Assembly (NCBI GenBank): GCA_041489255.1
Contig: JBGPQV010000004.1
Location: forward strand, 64,001-128,000
Direction: 5' to 3'
DNA length: 64,000 nt
Origin: Thermoplasmata archaeon
GTDB lineage: Archaea > Thermoplasmatota > Thermoplasmata > RBG-16-68-12 > JAFNFQ01
Below are positions 19,608 to 29,646 of the stretch, one piece after another. How positions within the stretch are numbered: position 1 is the stretch's first letter; every line of letters begins with the position of its first letter. The notes below the pieces were generated by a model. The model was not told where the DNA came from. It saw nothing but the letters and a program-made list of their open reading frames with translations, and made no database searches. The translations under genes and the position numbers were made by a program.

Positions 19608-20580
19608 TGTCCATGCCCTTCATAGGCGCACCTATGCCTTTCGACACCTCGACGACCACCTGAGGGTCATCATAGTGGAGGACCGCCTCGACTATCGCTT
19701 TCGCGCGGATCTCGGGGTTGTCGGACTTGAATATCCCTGAACCGACGAAGATGCCGTCGCAGCCGTGCATCATCATCATTGCCGCGTCCGCAGGAGTCGC
19801 AATCCCACCCGCCGCGAAGTTGACGACCGACAACCTTTTCAGCTTCTTCACATCGAGCAGCACATGATAGAGCGCCTCGACGACTTCATCTAGCGTCTCA
19901 TCGGCGAAGACGACATCGAGCTCGTTGACCTTCGTCGACTCGCCGTTTTCCTCCCTGACGCTCTTGAGCAGGACCGTGTAGCTCTCAGCGTACTTCTTCG
20001 CGATCGGGAGCATCTCATCATTATCCTTCTTCTCGATCTCGATAATCGCCTGATTTATGAGGCGGGCGTGTCTCACCGCCTCGACGACATTCCCTGTGCC
20101 GGCCTCGCCCTTCGTCCTCATCATCGCTGCGCCCTCATGGATCCTCCGGACGGCTTCTCCGAGGTTCCTCGCGCCGCAAACGAAAGGCACGCTGAACATC
20201 CTCTTCGGTATATGGAAGAAAGGATCGGCTGGAGTGAGCACCTCGGACTCGTCGATCATGTCCACGCCCATCGACTCCAGTGCCCTGGCCTCGGCGATGT
20301 GACCTATGCGGACCTTCGCCATCACGGGAATCGTGACCGCATTCATTATCTCTTGAATCCTCTGCGGGTCGGCCATCCTCGCTACGCCTCCCGCCGCCCG
20401 GATGTCCGCGGGCACCCTCTCCAAGGCCATGACGGCGACAGCTCCTGCCTCCTCCGCGATGGCGGCTTGGTCCGCCGTCGTGACGTCCATTATGACTCCG
20501 CCCTTCTGCATCTTGGCGAAGCCACGCTTGAGCAGCTCTGTCCCGTATTTCAGCTTCTTCAGGTCGAGTTCCAAGGGCAT
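19561..20580 (-). CDS. pdxS: Pyridoxal 5'-phosphate synthase lyase subunit
   Basis: [48 protein letters not shown], ends LQERGW. Confidence 0.97.
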   Translation of the reverse strand: MPLELDLKKLKYGTELLKRGFAKMQKGGVIMDVTTADQAAIAEEAGAVAVMALERVPADIRAAGGVARMADPQRIQEIMNAVTIPVMAKVRIGHIAEARALESMGVDMIDESEVLTPADPFFHIPKRMFSVPFVCGARNLGEAVRRIHEGAAMMRTKGEAGTGNVVEAVRHARLINQAIIEIEKKDNDEMLPIAKKYAESYTVLLKSVREENGESTKVNELDVVFADETLDEVVEALYHVLLDVKKLKRLSVVNFAAGGIATPADAAMMMMHGCDGIFVGSGIFKSDNPEIRAKAIVEAVLHYDDPQVVVEVSKGIGAPMKGMDISQLSEEERLQERGW

Positions 20581-20724
20581 TACCGGCGCCCCCGTGGATT
20601 GCTAGTTGAGGTTTCTATATCTATGTTTCGGTAACCTTTGCGCTTTCCTGACAGTGCGCAAGGGGATTGGCGCCCCATAGCCGCTCCTCCCTTCCTATTG
20701 CACAAATCTAAACCGCACCTCTGC

Positions 20725-20943
20725 ATGTTTCCGGACGTGGACAATGCGCCTAGATCGGCATTCATACCCAACAGAGTCGTTGTCTTCCGCCCGCCGGGAG
20801 AAAAGCAGGAAATAGCGGAGATGGTCGATTTCGTCAAGGAAATGGATAGCATTGATGGCAAGGCGACTGCATACGTCTGCACCCGCCGAACCTGCAAGCT
20901 TCCGACAACAGACCCTGTCGAAATGATGAAGCTGCTGGGTTAG
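20725..20943 (+). pseudogene. C-terminal fragment of a YyaL/SPATA20-like thioredoxin-domain protein
   Basis: FIPNRVVV..DGKATAYVC...TCKLPTTDP..M.KLL matches the extreme C-terminus of that family; the rest of the gene is absent. Confidence 0.7.
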
Positions 20944-21059
20944 GTCCGCCAGTTTGACCCCGAATCATGGAATCCGAGAGGTCGTCCCCAATGCTGGCCG
21001 CTCGGTTGGAGCGAGAATGCTTATATACACGTCCGAAATCGCACGCAGGTTGATTTTTT

Positions 21060-21773
21060 ATGCAGGGCGAGACAAGTGAAACAACAACCAAAGTGAAAGA
21101 CACGACGGCCAATCCAGCACCGCTCGGTCTCCTGGGTTTCGGCATGACGACCGTTCTGCTGAACATACACAACGCGGGTTACTACGGGATCGGCTCCATG
21201 ATACTCGCGATGGGCATATTCTATGGAGGAATGGCCCAGATATTCGCGGGCATAATGGAGTGGAAGAAAGGCAATACCTTTGGCACCGTCGCCTTTACGA
21301 GCTACGGCCTATTCTGGCTGACGCTCGTCGGGCTGCTGACGATACCATACATATTCCCAGGACCGACGGGACCGGCCTCATCCGCATTCGCGACGGATAA
21401 TACTGCCTTCGGCTGGTACCTGGTGATGTGGGGCGTGTTCACGTTCGTAATGTTCCTGGGCACCCTGAAGCTAAACAGGGCCCTGCAGTTCGTGTTCATT
21501 ACCCTCGCGATACTCTTCTGGCTGCTCGCGGCCGGCAAATTTACCGGCAACGCGGACATCACTAAGGTCGCTGGTTTCGAGGGAATCGTCTGCGGTTTCT
21601 CCGCGATCTACACTGGCCTCGCGCAAGTGCTGAATGACGTATACGGCAGGACGGTGGCTCCCATCTTCCCCATGAAGCCGAAGCAGGCTCCGCAGCCTGT
21701 AGCGACCCCGCCGTCCTATACGCCACCGCAGCAGCAGTACCCACCGCCCCCTGGCATGCCGCCGCGCAGCTAG
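21060..21773 (+). CDS. satP: Acetate uptake transporter (GPR1/FUN34/SatP family)
   Basis: [33 protein letters not shown]; TATA-like TTATATA at 21021. Confidence 0.93.
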   Translation: MQGETSETTTKVKDTTANPAPLGLLGFGMTTVLLNIHNAGYYGIGSMILAMGIFYGGMAQIFAGIMEWKKGNTFGTVAFTSYGLFWLTLVGLLTIPYIFPGPTGPASSAFATDNTAFGWYLVMWGVFTFVMFLGTLKLNRALQFVFITLAILFWLLAAGKFTGNADITKVAGFEGIVCGFSAIYTGLAQVLNDVYGRTVAPIFPMKPKQAPQPVATPPSYTPPQQQYPPPPGMPPRS

Positions 21774-21891
21774 GTCATCGCCCAAAGTAGGCTGGTAGAC
21801 GGGGCGCGTCTCTAACACGACCCCGTCCTTCCAGCCTCCAGTCTGGGAGTAAGTCCTTAATAGCGAGGGCCTTTGCTGATGCGGGATACCA

Positions 21892-22437
21892 TTGAAGGTC
21901 GTCTGCGTAACAGGCATGCCCGCCTGCGGCAAAGAGGAATTCCTGAAGATAGCACGGTCGAAGGGCTTCGCAGTCGTCCGGATGGGCGATGTCGTCCGAG
22001 AGGAGGCAGCCAAGGCAGGGATACCTGCCAAGGATCCTGATGTGGGCAACTTCGCCAATGAAGAGAGGAAGAAGCACGGGTTCGATATCTGGGCGAAGCG
22101 GACGTTGCCCAGGATATCAAGCGGACTAAGTCTGGTGGACGGTGTGAGAGGGCCCACGGAGTTAGATGTCTATCGTGCGGCGTTCCCGAACGGATTATGC
22201 GTCGTCGCGGTGCACTCGTCATCTGGGACTAGAATGCGCCGGATGATGAAGAGGAAGAGGAAAGACGACCCCGCTAACGAGAAGGAGTTCCGAGCGAGGG
22301 ACGCGAGGGAGCTAAGCTGGGGCCTGGGCGATGTCATTGCCCTCGCTGACCATGTGATAGTGAATGAGGGGGACCTGACGGCCTACATGACCCAGGCCAC
22401 CGCCACCATCGAGAAGATACTCTCCGAAGGGAAATGA
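21892..22437 (+). CDS. UPF0200 P-loop nucleotide kinase (dephospho-CoA-kinase-like)
   Basis: TGMPACGK, MGDVVREE, DGVR, RDARELSWG, AD.VIVNEG. Confidence 0.85.
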   Translation: MKVVCVTGMPACGKEEFLKIARSKGFAVVRMGDVVREEAAKAGIPAKDPDVGNFANEERKKHGFDIWAKRTLPRISSGLSLVDGVRGPTELDVYRAAFPNGLCVVAVHSSSGTRMRRMMKRKRKDDPANEKEFRARDARELSWGLGDVIALADHVIVNEGDLTAYMTQATATIEKILSEGK

Positions 22438-22438
22438 G

Positions 22439-22882
22439 ATGTTCGCCTGGCTCGAGCTCAGGACGTACTGCCACGCCACGGAGGATCAGGAGAAGGTCGC
22501 GAAGGCGCTGGGATTCATCTGCCCTCAAGCGAAATTGACGGTCGCGCGGACCGAGGGTTACAATAGGAACCCCATTCTCGTCATGACTGCACGGACCGAC
22601 AGTTCGAGGGCGATCAAGGATTTCTGGCGGCAATTGTGCCGCGAGAGCCTCGTTGACACCATCCTGGAATCTGGCGGGAAGATGGTCGATGACAACGGTG
22701 TCCTGCATCTAAGGCTGGGAAAGCAAGAGGCCTACATGGGGCGGGCAGTCTTGACCGAGCGTGAGGACGTCGTGTCCGTGCGGATCAAGATTGCGAGGCA
22801 TTCACCGCAGAAACAGGACCCGTTCGAAATCGCCAGAGAAACCATAGAGGAGCTCACGAAGGTCGATGTATCTCACACCTGA
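22439..22882 (+). CDS. DUF54/COG1325 RNA-binding protein
   Basis: HATEDQEKV.KAL, GYNRNPI, LHLRLGKQEAY. Confidence 0.85.
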   Translation: MFAWLELRTYCHATEDQEKVAKALGFICPQAKLTVARTEGYNRNPILVMTARTDSSRAIKDFWRQLCRESLVDTILESGGKMVDDNGVLHLRLGKQEAYMGRAVLTEREDVVSVRIKIARHSPQKQDPFEIARETIEELTKVDVSHT

Positions 22883-24029
22883 GCAGGAAAAGCTGCTGCA
22901 AGATGGCAGACCATCCGAGCAGACGGCGATGAAGCTCCTGCTCACGCTTGGCGAGGTCCATGGCGCGGGAAGGCTAATTCCGGTGACTTGGGCCCACATC
23001 TCCGGTGCGTCGTATCTCACGATAGGCGACACCGGTCTGGAATTCTTGGAGGATTTCTGTCACGATGTTTCGGTGAGAGTGAAGACCACGGTGAACCCGA
23101 TATCCATTGACCTCGAGAGATGGCGCGAGATGGGTGTGCCGAAGGAATATGCGGAGAAACAGATGAAGATAGTCGAGGCGTACAGGGGAATTGGCGTGGA
23201 GGAGACGTACTCCTGCACCCCTTATCTCATAGGTCAACCACCATCCAAAGGAGAGCACCTGGCCTGGGCCGAATCCTCGGCGGCCATCTACGCCAACGCG
23301 GTCCTGGGCGCGCGCACGAACCGCGAGGGCGGCCCTTCCGCGCTTTCATCCGCCGTTACCGGGTTCACTCCAGAGTTTGGACTCCATCTCGATGGGAATC
23401 GCAAAGCAGGCGTGAAAGTCAATGTTGAGGCGAAACTCGGCGGCATGCGCTATTCCTTGTTGGGGCTCGCGCTGGGACCGATGCTCGATGGCGAGATACC
23501 ATACTTCCAGAAGCTACCAGGGTCGGACGAGGATCTCAAATGGTTCGGGGCAGCCCTGGCGTCAACGAGTGACGCGACGCTGTTCCACGTCGAGAAGAGG
23601 ACACCTGAGTGGCGAAATTCCCTCCACGGACGGCTGAGGACAATCAGAGTCACCGAGAAGGACCTGAAGGATGCACAGAGGTCATTTTCCACAGGAGAGG
23701 AGGCGGACGCGATCGGCATCGGCTCTCCTCAATTGTCAGCGAAAGAACTCGAAGCAATCGCCGTCCTCATGAAACGATACCGCCCGAAATTACCGGTTTG
23801 GGTCTTCTCGAGCAGGGATGCGAAGTCACGAGCCGGGGACGCGGTCAAGACAATCGAGAGATACGGCGGGAGAGTCTGGGCAGACACATGCCTGGAAGTC
23901 TCTCCGCTCTACTACATGTTCAAGACGATGGCGACGCCATCAGGGAAAGGCGCATACTACCTCCCGGCGCTGTGCAAGCAGAAGGTGATCCTCGAGGATC
24001 TGGCGAAGTTGCTGAGGAGGTACTCATGA
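22866..24029 (+). CDS. Aconitase X large subunit (likely phosphomevalonate dehydratase L)
   Basis: MYLT.EQE, HISGASY, SCTPY, AWAESSA, NREGGPSAL, DTC, SGKGAYYLP. Confidence 0.9.
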   Translation: MYLTPEQEKLLQDGRPSEQTAMKLLLTLGEVHGAGRLIPVTWAHISGASYLTIGDTGLEFLEDFCHDVSVRVKTTVNPISIDLERWREMGVPKEYAEKQMKIVEAYRGIGVEETYSCTPYLIGQPPSKGEHLAWAESSAAIYANAVLGARTNREGGPSALSSAVTGFTPEFGLHLDGNRKAGVKVNVEAKLGGMRYSLLGLALGPMLDGEIPYFQKLPGSDEDLKWFGAALASTSDATLFHVEKRTPEWRNSLHGRLRTIRVTEKDLKDAQRSFSTGEEADAIGIGSPQLSAKELEAIAVLMKRYRPKLPVWVFSSRDAKSRAGDAVKTIERYGGRVWADTCLEVSPLYYMFKTMATPSGKGAYYLPALCKQKVILEDLAKLLRRYS

Positions 24030-24853
24030 GGATCCAAGCGAAGAGGCTCTTTGGCGGGAGGGGACAAGGCCCTGCTATGGTCTCTTCAAATCCCATTTCA
24101 TTCCTTGGCGGTGTCGCCCCGACAACCGGTGAGATCATAGACACGCACAGCCCCCTCTCCGGACGGAATGTGAGCGGGCGAATTCTTGCGTTCCCTGGCG
24201 GGAAAGGAAGTACGGTGGGCTCCTATGTTCTCTACGGATTGGCGCGGCGAGGAAGGGCCCCGGCGGCAATCATTGTCGAGAAGCCCGACACAATAGTCAC
24301 AGTCGGCGCCGTCATCGGCAAGATTCCGGCCGTATACGGGATACCGCCGGACGTGCTCCACGACGGCGAGTGGGTTGAGGTGGACGCGGATAAGGCCACC
24401 GTGCGCGTCAGGGACGTGACATCGTACGATGTCGTGACATGCTTTCTCCGGAATCGAGGCAGGATACTCCTTCTGAGGAGGAGCGCGAAGGTTGGCACTT
24501 TCCGGGGGACTTGGGCGGGGGTCTCGGGATATGTCGAGGGAGACGAGGTCTTTCTGGAGAGGGCATTGAAGGAGATTAGCGAGGAGGTCGGAATAGCCGA
24601 CCCCGTGTTGGCCGCAACGGGCGAGCCCGTCTATGCCCGAAACGGAGATCGCCTATTCATCGTTCATCCTTACATCTTCGAAGTCGACACTCGCAATGTG
24701 CGTCTCGATTGGGAACACGCGGAGTACAGGTGGGTGAAGCCCGCGGAGATATCCGCTTTCAAGGGCGTCCCGAAGCTCGCGGAAGCCTACCAATCCGCCG
24801 CCAATGGCGTGCCCGCCAGAATGGCGAATAGGAGGCGAGGTCCGCCGCCATAG
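24026..24853 (+). CDS. Aconitase X small subunit (DUF126) fused to a Nudix hydrolase
   Basis: ATGA overlap with the upstream gene; ISFLGGV, GKGSTVGSY; then ILLLRRS.KV, GYVE..ALKEISEEVG, LDWEH.EY.W. Confidence 0.88.
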   Translation: MRIQAKRLFGGRGQGPAMVSSNPISFLGGVAPTTGEIIDTHSPLSGRNVSGRILAFPGGKGSTVGSYVLYGLARRGRAPAAIIVEKPDTIVTVGAVIGKIPAVYGIPPDVLHDGEWVEVDADKATVRVRDVTSYDVVTCFLRNRGRILLLRRSAKVGTFRGTWAGVSGYVEGDEVFLERALKEISEEVGIADPVLAATGEPVYARNGDRLFIVHPYIFEVDTRNVRLDWEHAEYRWVKPAEISAFKGVPKLAEAYQSAANGVPARMANRRRGPPP

Positions 24854-24860
24854 TGCGATG

Positions 24861-27800
24861 TCAGCCGACCGGCGCGGTCAGGTCGATGACGCCGTCAACC
24901 TCTCTCTCGAGCAGATTGAGCTGGTGGCTGTCGAGGGTCGACGGGTTCACCGACAGAAGGAGAGTGGCCTTGTTCACCGCAATCTGGTCCCTCAAGGACT
25001 GAACCAGCCTCAGGACCGTCAGGAAGTTGTTGTTCGTGATCAGGTATTCTATGCCGTCGAGCAAGACCAGCCCGCTTTCCTTCGTCAGGAACTGTTCGAG
25101 CAGCAAGGATAGCTTCTCGAGGTCCTTTGGCCTCACGGAATCTTCCTTTCCGATGTTGGAGAGCCAAATGATCGGCAATTCGGACAGTTCGTACTGCTCT
25201 CTGACTTTCTGCGGGAAGACGCGCGTGACGCACATGCCTTTCTTCCCGCCAACAAGCCCTGATTTGAACAGCACATACGCTTCTCCAGGCTGGGCCTCCT
25301 TCACCAGATACGTTGAGGACTCCTTCAGCGGAGGCAGACGCCTGGCCTCGACAGGCGGTCGTGGCGGGGGAGGGGGCGGCGGCTCCGGTGTATTCTGCTT
25401 TAGGGCTCCCCTAATGGGCACGGAACAGGTTGGGCACAGTTCCAATCCCTTCTTCACAGGGCTCTTGCAGTTCGGACATGCCACCAGCTCTTCTGCTGGC
25501 ACCGATACTCCTTCAAGCGACTCGGCACACCGCCAGCAATGCCCCTTTAGCACCTTGACTGCCGCACCGCAGGTGGAGCAAGCGTGCATCGTGGGAGCGG
25601 GCGCCCTCGTCGAGTACTCCTTGATTCTCTTGACGTCGACTTCTCCGATTCCCTCGATTGCGACTAGTTCCTGTGGTGTTGCCTGGCTCAATGCCGTCAA
25701 AGTCTTGTATCCAGCGTCGAAGAGGGTCATCGCTTTGTTCTGTGTAATGCCCTCAATCTTCGTGAACTGCGCGATTGCCTCGCCCATGTGCAGCGGCGTG
25801 ATGCCTATGAGCATGGTCTCGCCCTCAACGTTCCATTCGACGCCGTATTCCTCGTTCACATCCGCTTGATCCACTCGAAGAACGCGGGAGCGGGTCTCAG
25901 TCGCTATGTGGCCCTTCTGACTCTTGATCATCTCCGCCAGTTCGGCCCGGACCCTGATTGCGGTTCTGACGAAATCCTCCACCGGCAGATCGATGTCCTT
26001 CCTCATCTGCTGTATCCGGCGGATGATCTCCCTCGAGAAGCCCTCCGCCTTGACCTCGGGCGTGATCCGCATGTCCACGAACAACGTGCCGTGAGGAGTC
26101 TGGATCATCTTCACGCCCTCTGGCACTTGCCTGTCGAAGGATATCATGTAGGGCTGGACTTTCACTATCTGTCCATCGATTCCCAGTTTGTATTCACCCT
26201 TGTCGATCGCCCTCTTCACCTCGGATGGCTCTCGCGTCATGAGCATCGTGACTATCTTGCTCCAGGAAGCCTTGTAGACCTTGCTTATGGCTTCTCCGTC
26301 CGGCTTGAGCTTCAGCTTCAAACCCTCGAATTCCTGATCCTGCTCGAGTATCACCAGCGACCTCGCGTTCGCCTGTTGTAGGAGGATGTCCTTCAGCATG
26401 TTCACAGCGTGACGGGCACCTTCGCTGGGATCCTTGATAGCTATCTGGGCTATCGGCCACCTCAACTTCATTTTAGCTTCCTGTCTCGCTTGCGACACGA
26501 GCTCGACCAGCTCCTGCACGGTTGCCATCGAGACCTCCAAATCGCCGTTGATGAGGTCCTCATTCACGTTCGGCCAAGCGCACATATGCACGGTCAGGAA
26601 GCGCCCGTCCAGATTCTGGTACATCGTCTCGGCGACATGCGGGGTCAATGGGGCAAGAAGCTTGCATAGGCTCGTGAGGGACTCGTGCAACGTCTTGTAC
26701 GCGGCCAGCTTGCCCTTGTCGCCACCCTCCACCCAGGTCCTGTCCCTGACCAGCCTCACATACCATCTGGAAAGGTCGTTTAGTGTGAAATCCTCTAGTG
26801 CCCGGCAGGCCTTGTGCAGATTGTAGGCCTCAATCTCAGCACCGACCGTCATCTTCAACCGCTCGATCTTGGAAAGGAGCCACTTGTCCTCAGGCTTCAT
26901 GTACTTCATGAGGCTGTCCAAGCTGTGCGCCTGAGGGTCGAAACTGTCCATCGCCATGTAGAGCGTCGCGAACTTGTAGACGTTCCAAAGTATGTTGAGC
27001 GACCTGTGGGTGTTCTTCACTTCCTCCCAGTTGAACGTGAGATCCTCCCACGGGGGCTTCGTCTTCAGGAGATATAGACGCAGGGAGTCGACGCCGTACT
27101 TCTGGATGACCTCACTTGGCTCGACGTAATTGCCGAGGCTCTTGGACATCGCTTGGCCGTCCGAGCCAAGCATCCAGCCATGCATCAGCACGGATTCGTA
27201 TGGCGCGCGGTCGAACGCGACGACGCTCGCAGCGAGCTGCGAATTGAACCAGCCCCTGGTTTGGTCGTGCGCCTCGGAAATCCAGTCGGTAGGCCACCAA
27301 CGCTTGAATTCTCCTTCGACCTGCGGATAGTTGAGTTGCGCCCAGGAACAGATGCCTGCGTCGAACCAAACGTCGACGATATCCCTGACCCTGTTCTGTG
27401 TGTCCCCGCACTTGGGGCACTTGAACAAAACTTTGTCGATCCAGGGTCGGTGCGGGTCCATGCCAGGAGTGTAATTGACCCCTTCGCGCAGTTCAGCTTC
27501 CGACCCGATGACCCTCAGTGTGCCGCACTTCGCGCACCGCCAAACCGGCAGGGGAGTGCCCCAGTACCGCTGTCTGGTGATGCACCAGTCCCTGAGGTTC
27601 GTGGTCCATTCCTTCTGTCTGGACGATCCCGCCCAGTCCGGCGTCCATTTTATCCTGTCTACTTCCTCCAGCATCCTGTTTCTCACATCGCTGACCTTGA
27701 TGAACCACTGAGTCGTCAATCTGTACAGGACCGGCTGATGGCATCGCCAGCAATGCCCGTATCTGTGGGTCACTTGGCCAGAGGCGATGAGATGTCCTGA

Positions 27801-28949
27801 GGCAGCGAGATCGCTCAGTATCGTGGCGTTCGCTTCCTTGACATGCTTGCCCGCATAGGCGCCTGCCTCGGCGGTGAATATCCCTCCTTCGTTGACCGGA
27901 GAGAAGAGCGGTATCTGGTGGGCTTGGCCGATCTCGAAGTCTTCAGGCCCATGGCCCGGGGCGATGTGAACGACACCCGTATTCTCCGCCGTCACTGTTT
28001 CTGAGAGGAGAACGCGATGTACCCACTGACCGCTGACGCTCTTCTGATAAGGGATGCTGGATTCGAACGGATGAGTATAAACCCAGCCGGCGAGCTTGTC
28101 GCCCTGGAGGCGTTCGCCAATCTCGTACTTCTGGACGTCCGCGTCTGCCATGACCTTCTCGACGTTGCTCTCGAGCATCCAGGCTTGGTGCGACCTTCCC
28201 TCTTTTTGGAAGCTGACCCTCGCATAGGTGAGCTTCGGATGGACCGCGACAGCTAAATTGGCGGGTATCGTCCAAGGCGTCGTCGTCCAGATGAGCACGC
28301 TCTCCCCAGCTCTAGATCGGAACGGGAAGAGCACATAGATCGAAGGATCTGTCTCGTCCCAGTACTCGATCTCGGCCTCGGCTAGGGCGGTCTCGCACCT
28401 TGCGCACCAGGTGAGCGTGCGCATCGCCTCGTACAACAGCCCCCTTTCGTGGGCCCTCTTGATCGTCCACCAGTTCGATTCTATGTAGTAATTGTCTATC
28501 GTTCTGTAGGGATGCTCCCAGTCGAACCATATCCCCAGAGAGGAGAACTGCTCGGTCATCCGCTTCAGCAAACCGGTGGCGAAATCCTTGCATGTCGTTA
28601 CGAACTTCTCGATTCCGAACTCCTCAATTTCCTTCTTGTTCGTGATGCCCAGGCTTTTCTCGACCTGCACCTCGATCGGCAGACCGTGCATGTCGAACCC
28701 GGGCTGGTCCCGGACGTTGTACCCCTTCATGCGCCGCCAGCGAACCACCGTGTCCTTGATCGTCTTGTTCAGGGCGGTCCCCAGATGGATTGAACCGGTC
28801 GTGTACGGCGGTCCGTCGACGAAATAGTAATCCTGACCAGACGCCCTCAATTGCCGCGTCTTCTCATACGACTTCGTCTTCTTCCAAAATTCCCTGACCC
28901 TTCGTTCCTGTTCCACAGGCGAGTAGTCCTTCTCCGCTTGCTTTATCAT
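24861..28949 (-). CDS. ileS: Isoleucine-tRNA ligase with HhH, zinc-ribbon and DUF835 C-terminal extension
   Basis: DGPPY..HLGT, GFDMHGLPIE, WTTTPWT, DQTRGWF, AMSKSLGN; the tail carries LLDGIEYLI..N.F (DUF835). Confidence 0.95.
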   Translation of the reverse strand: MIKQAEKDYSPVEQERRVREFWKKTKSYEKTRQLRASGQDYYFVDGPPYTTGSIHLGTALNKTIKDTVVRWRRMKGYNVRDQPGFDMHGLPIEVQVEKSLGITNKKEIEEFGIEKFVTTCKDFATGLLKRMTEQFSSLGIWFDWEHPYRTIDNYYIESNWWTIKRAHERGLLYEAMRTLTWCARCETALAEAEIEYWDETDPSIYVLFPFRSRAGESVLIWTTTPWTIPANLAVAVHPKLTYARVSFQKEGRSHQAWMLESNVEKVMADADVQKYEIGERLQGDKLAGWVYTHPFESSIPYQKSVSGQWVHRVLLSETVTAENTGVVHIAPGHGPEDFEIGQAHQIPLFSPVNEGGIFTAEAGAYAGKHVKEANATILSDLAASGHLIASGQVTHRYGHCWRCHQPVLYRLTTQWFIKVSDVRNRMLEEVDRIKWTPDWAGSSRQKEWTTNLRDWCITRQRYWGTPLPVWRCAKCGTLRVIGSEAELREGVNYTPGMDPHRPWIDKVLFKCPKCGDTQNRVRDIVDVWFDAGICSWAQLNYPQVEGEFKRWWPTDWISEAHDQTRGWFNSQLAASVVAFDRAPYESVLMHGWMLGSDGQAMSKSLGNYVEPSEVIQKYGVDSLRLYLLKTKPPWEDLTFNWEEVKNTHRSLNILWNVYKFATLYMAMDSFDPQAHSLDSLMKYMKPEDKWLLSKIERLKMTVGAEIEAYNLHKACRALEDFTLNDLSRWYVRLVRDRTWVEGGDKGKLAAYKTLHESLTSLCKLLAPLTPHVAETMYQNLDGRFLTVHMCAWPNVNEDLINGDLEVSMATVQELVELVSQARQEAKMKLRWPIAQIAIKDPSEGARHAVNMLKDILLQQANARSLVILEQDQEFEGLKLKLKPDGEAISKVYKASWSKIVTMLMTREPSEVKRAIDKGEYKLGIDGQIVKVQPYMISFDRQVPEGVKMIQTPHGTLFVDMRITPEVKAEGFSREIIRRIQQMRKDIDLPVEDFVRTAIRVRAELAEMIKSQKGHIATETRSRVLRVDQADVNEEYGVEWNVEGETMLIGITPLHMGEAIAQFTKIEGITQNKAMTLFDAGYKTLTALSQATPQELVAIEGIGEVDVKRIKEYSTRAPAPTMHACSTCGAAVKVLKGHCWRCAESLEGVSVPAEELVACPNCKSPVKKGLELCPTCSVPIRGALKQNTPEPPPPPPPRPPVEARRLPPLKESSTYLVKEAQPGEAYVLFKSGLVGGKKGMCVTRVFPQKVREQYELSELPIIWLSNIGKEDSVRPKDLEKLSLLLEQFLTKESGLVLLDGIEYLITNNNFLTVLRLVQSLRDQIAVNKATLLLSVNPSTLDSHQLNLLEREVDGVIDLTAPVG

Positions 28950-29116
28950 CGCAAACGCCTCGGAGTGCAATTCGCAAGACTCCGGCTTTGTCCTCGCCTT
29001 CGAGCCCTGCGGAGTCACTCATCGAGGCGGGTCTATTAAAGCCTATGCACCTGAAATCTCGGGGTCGAAAACGTTCAGAGGTTCGTTGGCGTGGGCGTCA
29101 CCGATGATGTCGGGAG

Positions 29117-29190
29117 GGCCGGGACCGAGATTTGAACTCGGGTTCAGGGATCCACAGTCCCCGAGGATGACCAGACTACCCCATCCCGGC
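29117..29190 (-). tRNA. tRNA-His (GTG)
   Basis: GCCGGGATGGGGTAGTCTGGTCATCCTCGGGGACTGTGGATCCCTGAACCCGAGTTCAAATCTCGGTCCCGGCC folds as a cloverleaf with GTG anticodon, TTCAAAT T-loop and C discriminator. Confidence 0.95.
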
Positions 29191-29280
29191 CGCGATGCGC
29201 CGAAGGTGCCCGGCGATAAAGAACTTTCGCAGCGCGAAATCACGGACTGCCGTCAAGGGCGCGAAGAAGGAAGGCAACAC

Positions 29281-29505
29281 TCATTCTCTACGCCGCGGCG
29301 GTATTTCACGCTCGAGCAGAACTAGCTCTGCCCGCCGCAGCTGCAAATACCCCGCCACAATGAGAGCAAAGCCTGCCGCCAGCGGAATCAGCAACCATAC
29401 CAAGACGTCCGCCGGCGTGAGGATTATCGCGATTGCCGAAATGAAAAGAAGGACCATGCCGAACGAGCCAAGGACTATTCCCTGCATGCGAAGCTTGTCA
29501 TCCAT
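29281..29505 (-). CDS. Small two-TM membrane protein
   Basis: Two hydrophobic helices; TATA-like sequence upstream near 29566. Confidence 0.6.
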   Translation of the reverse strand: MDDKLRMQGIVLGSFGMVLLFISAIAIILTPADVLVWLLIPLAAGFALIVAGYLQLRRAELVLLEREIPPRRRE

Positions 29506-29646
29506 CGGCGCGGGGGGTCTCAGTCTGCTCCTCACAGTGGTCGGGACCCTCAGAGTTCCAAGGTTTATTAATGTACTCCGCTGAATGCAGGGATTTGGCG
29601 GGCGAGAAGCTTAAGACCGAGTGCACACTCCCTGTGCCCGGTCAGC

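Noticed and set aside
19870-20000. Insertion of about 35 aa in PdxS
   Set aside because: Longer PdxS forms with this insert are, to my knowledge, common in archaea.
21789-21860. Possible tRNA
   Set aside because: Single hairpin with no T-loop or cloverleaf.
23609-24025. N-terminal 139 aa of the 414-aa track ORF
   Set aside because: Out-of-frame overlap with AcnX-L; the real start is ATG 24026.
29117-29190. tRNA-His as an integration site
   Set aside because: No duplicated tRNA 3' end seen, no adjacent integrase, and flanked by core genes.
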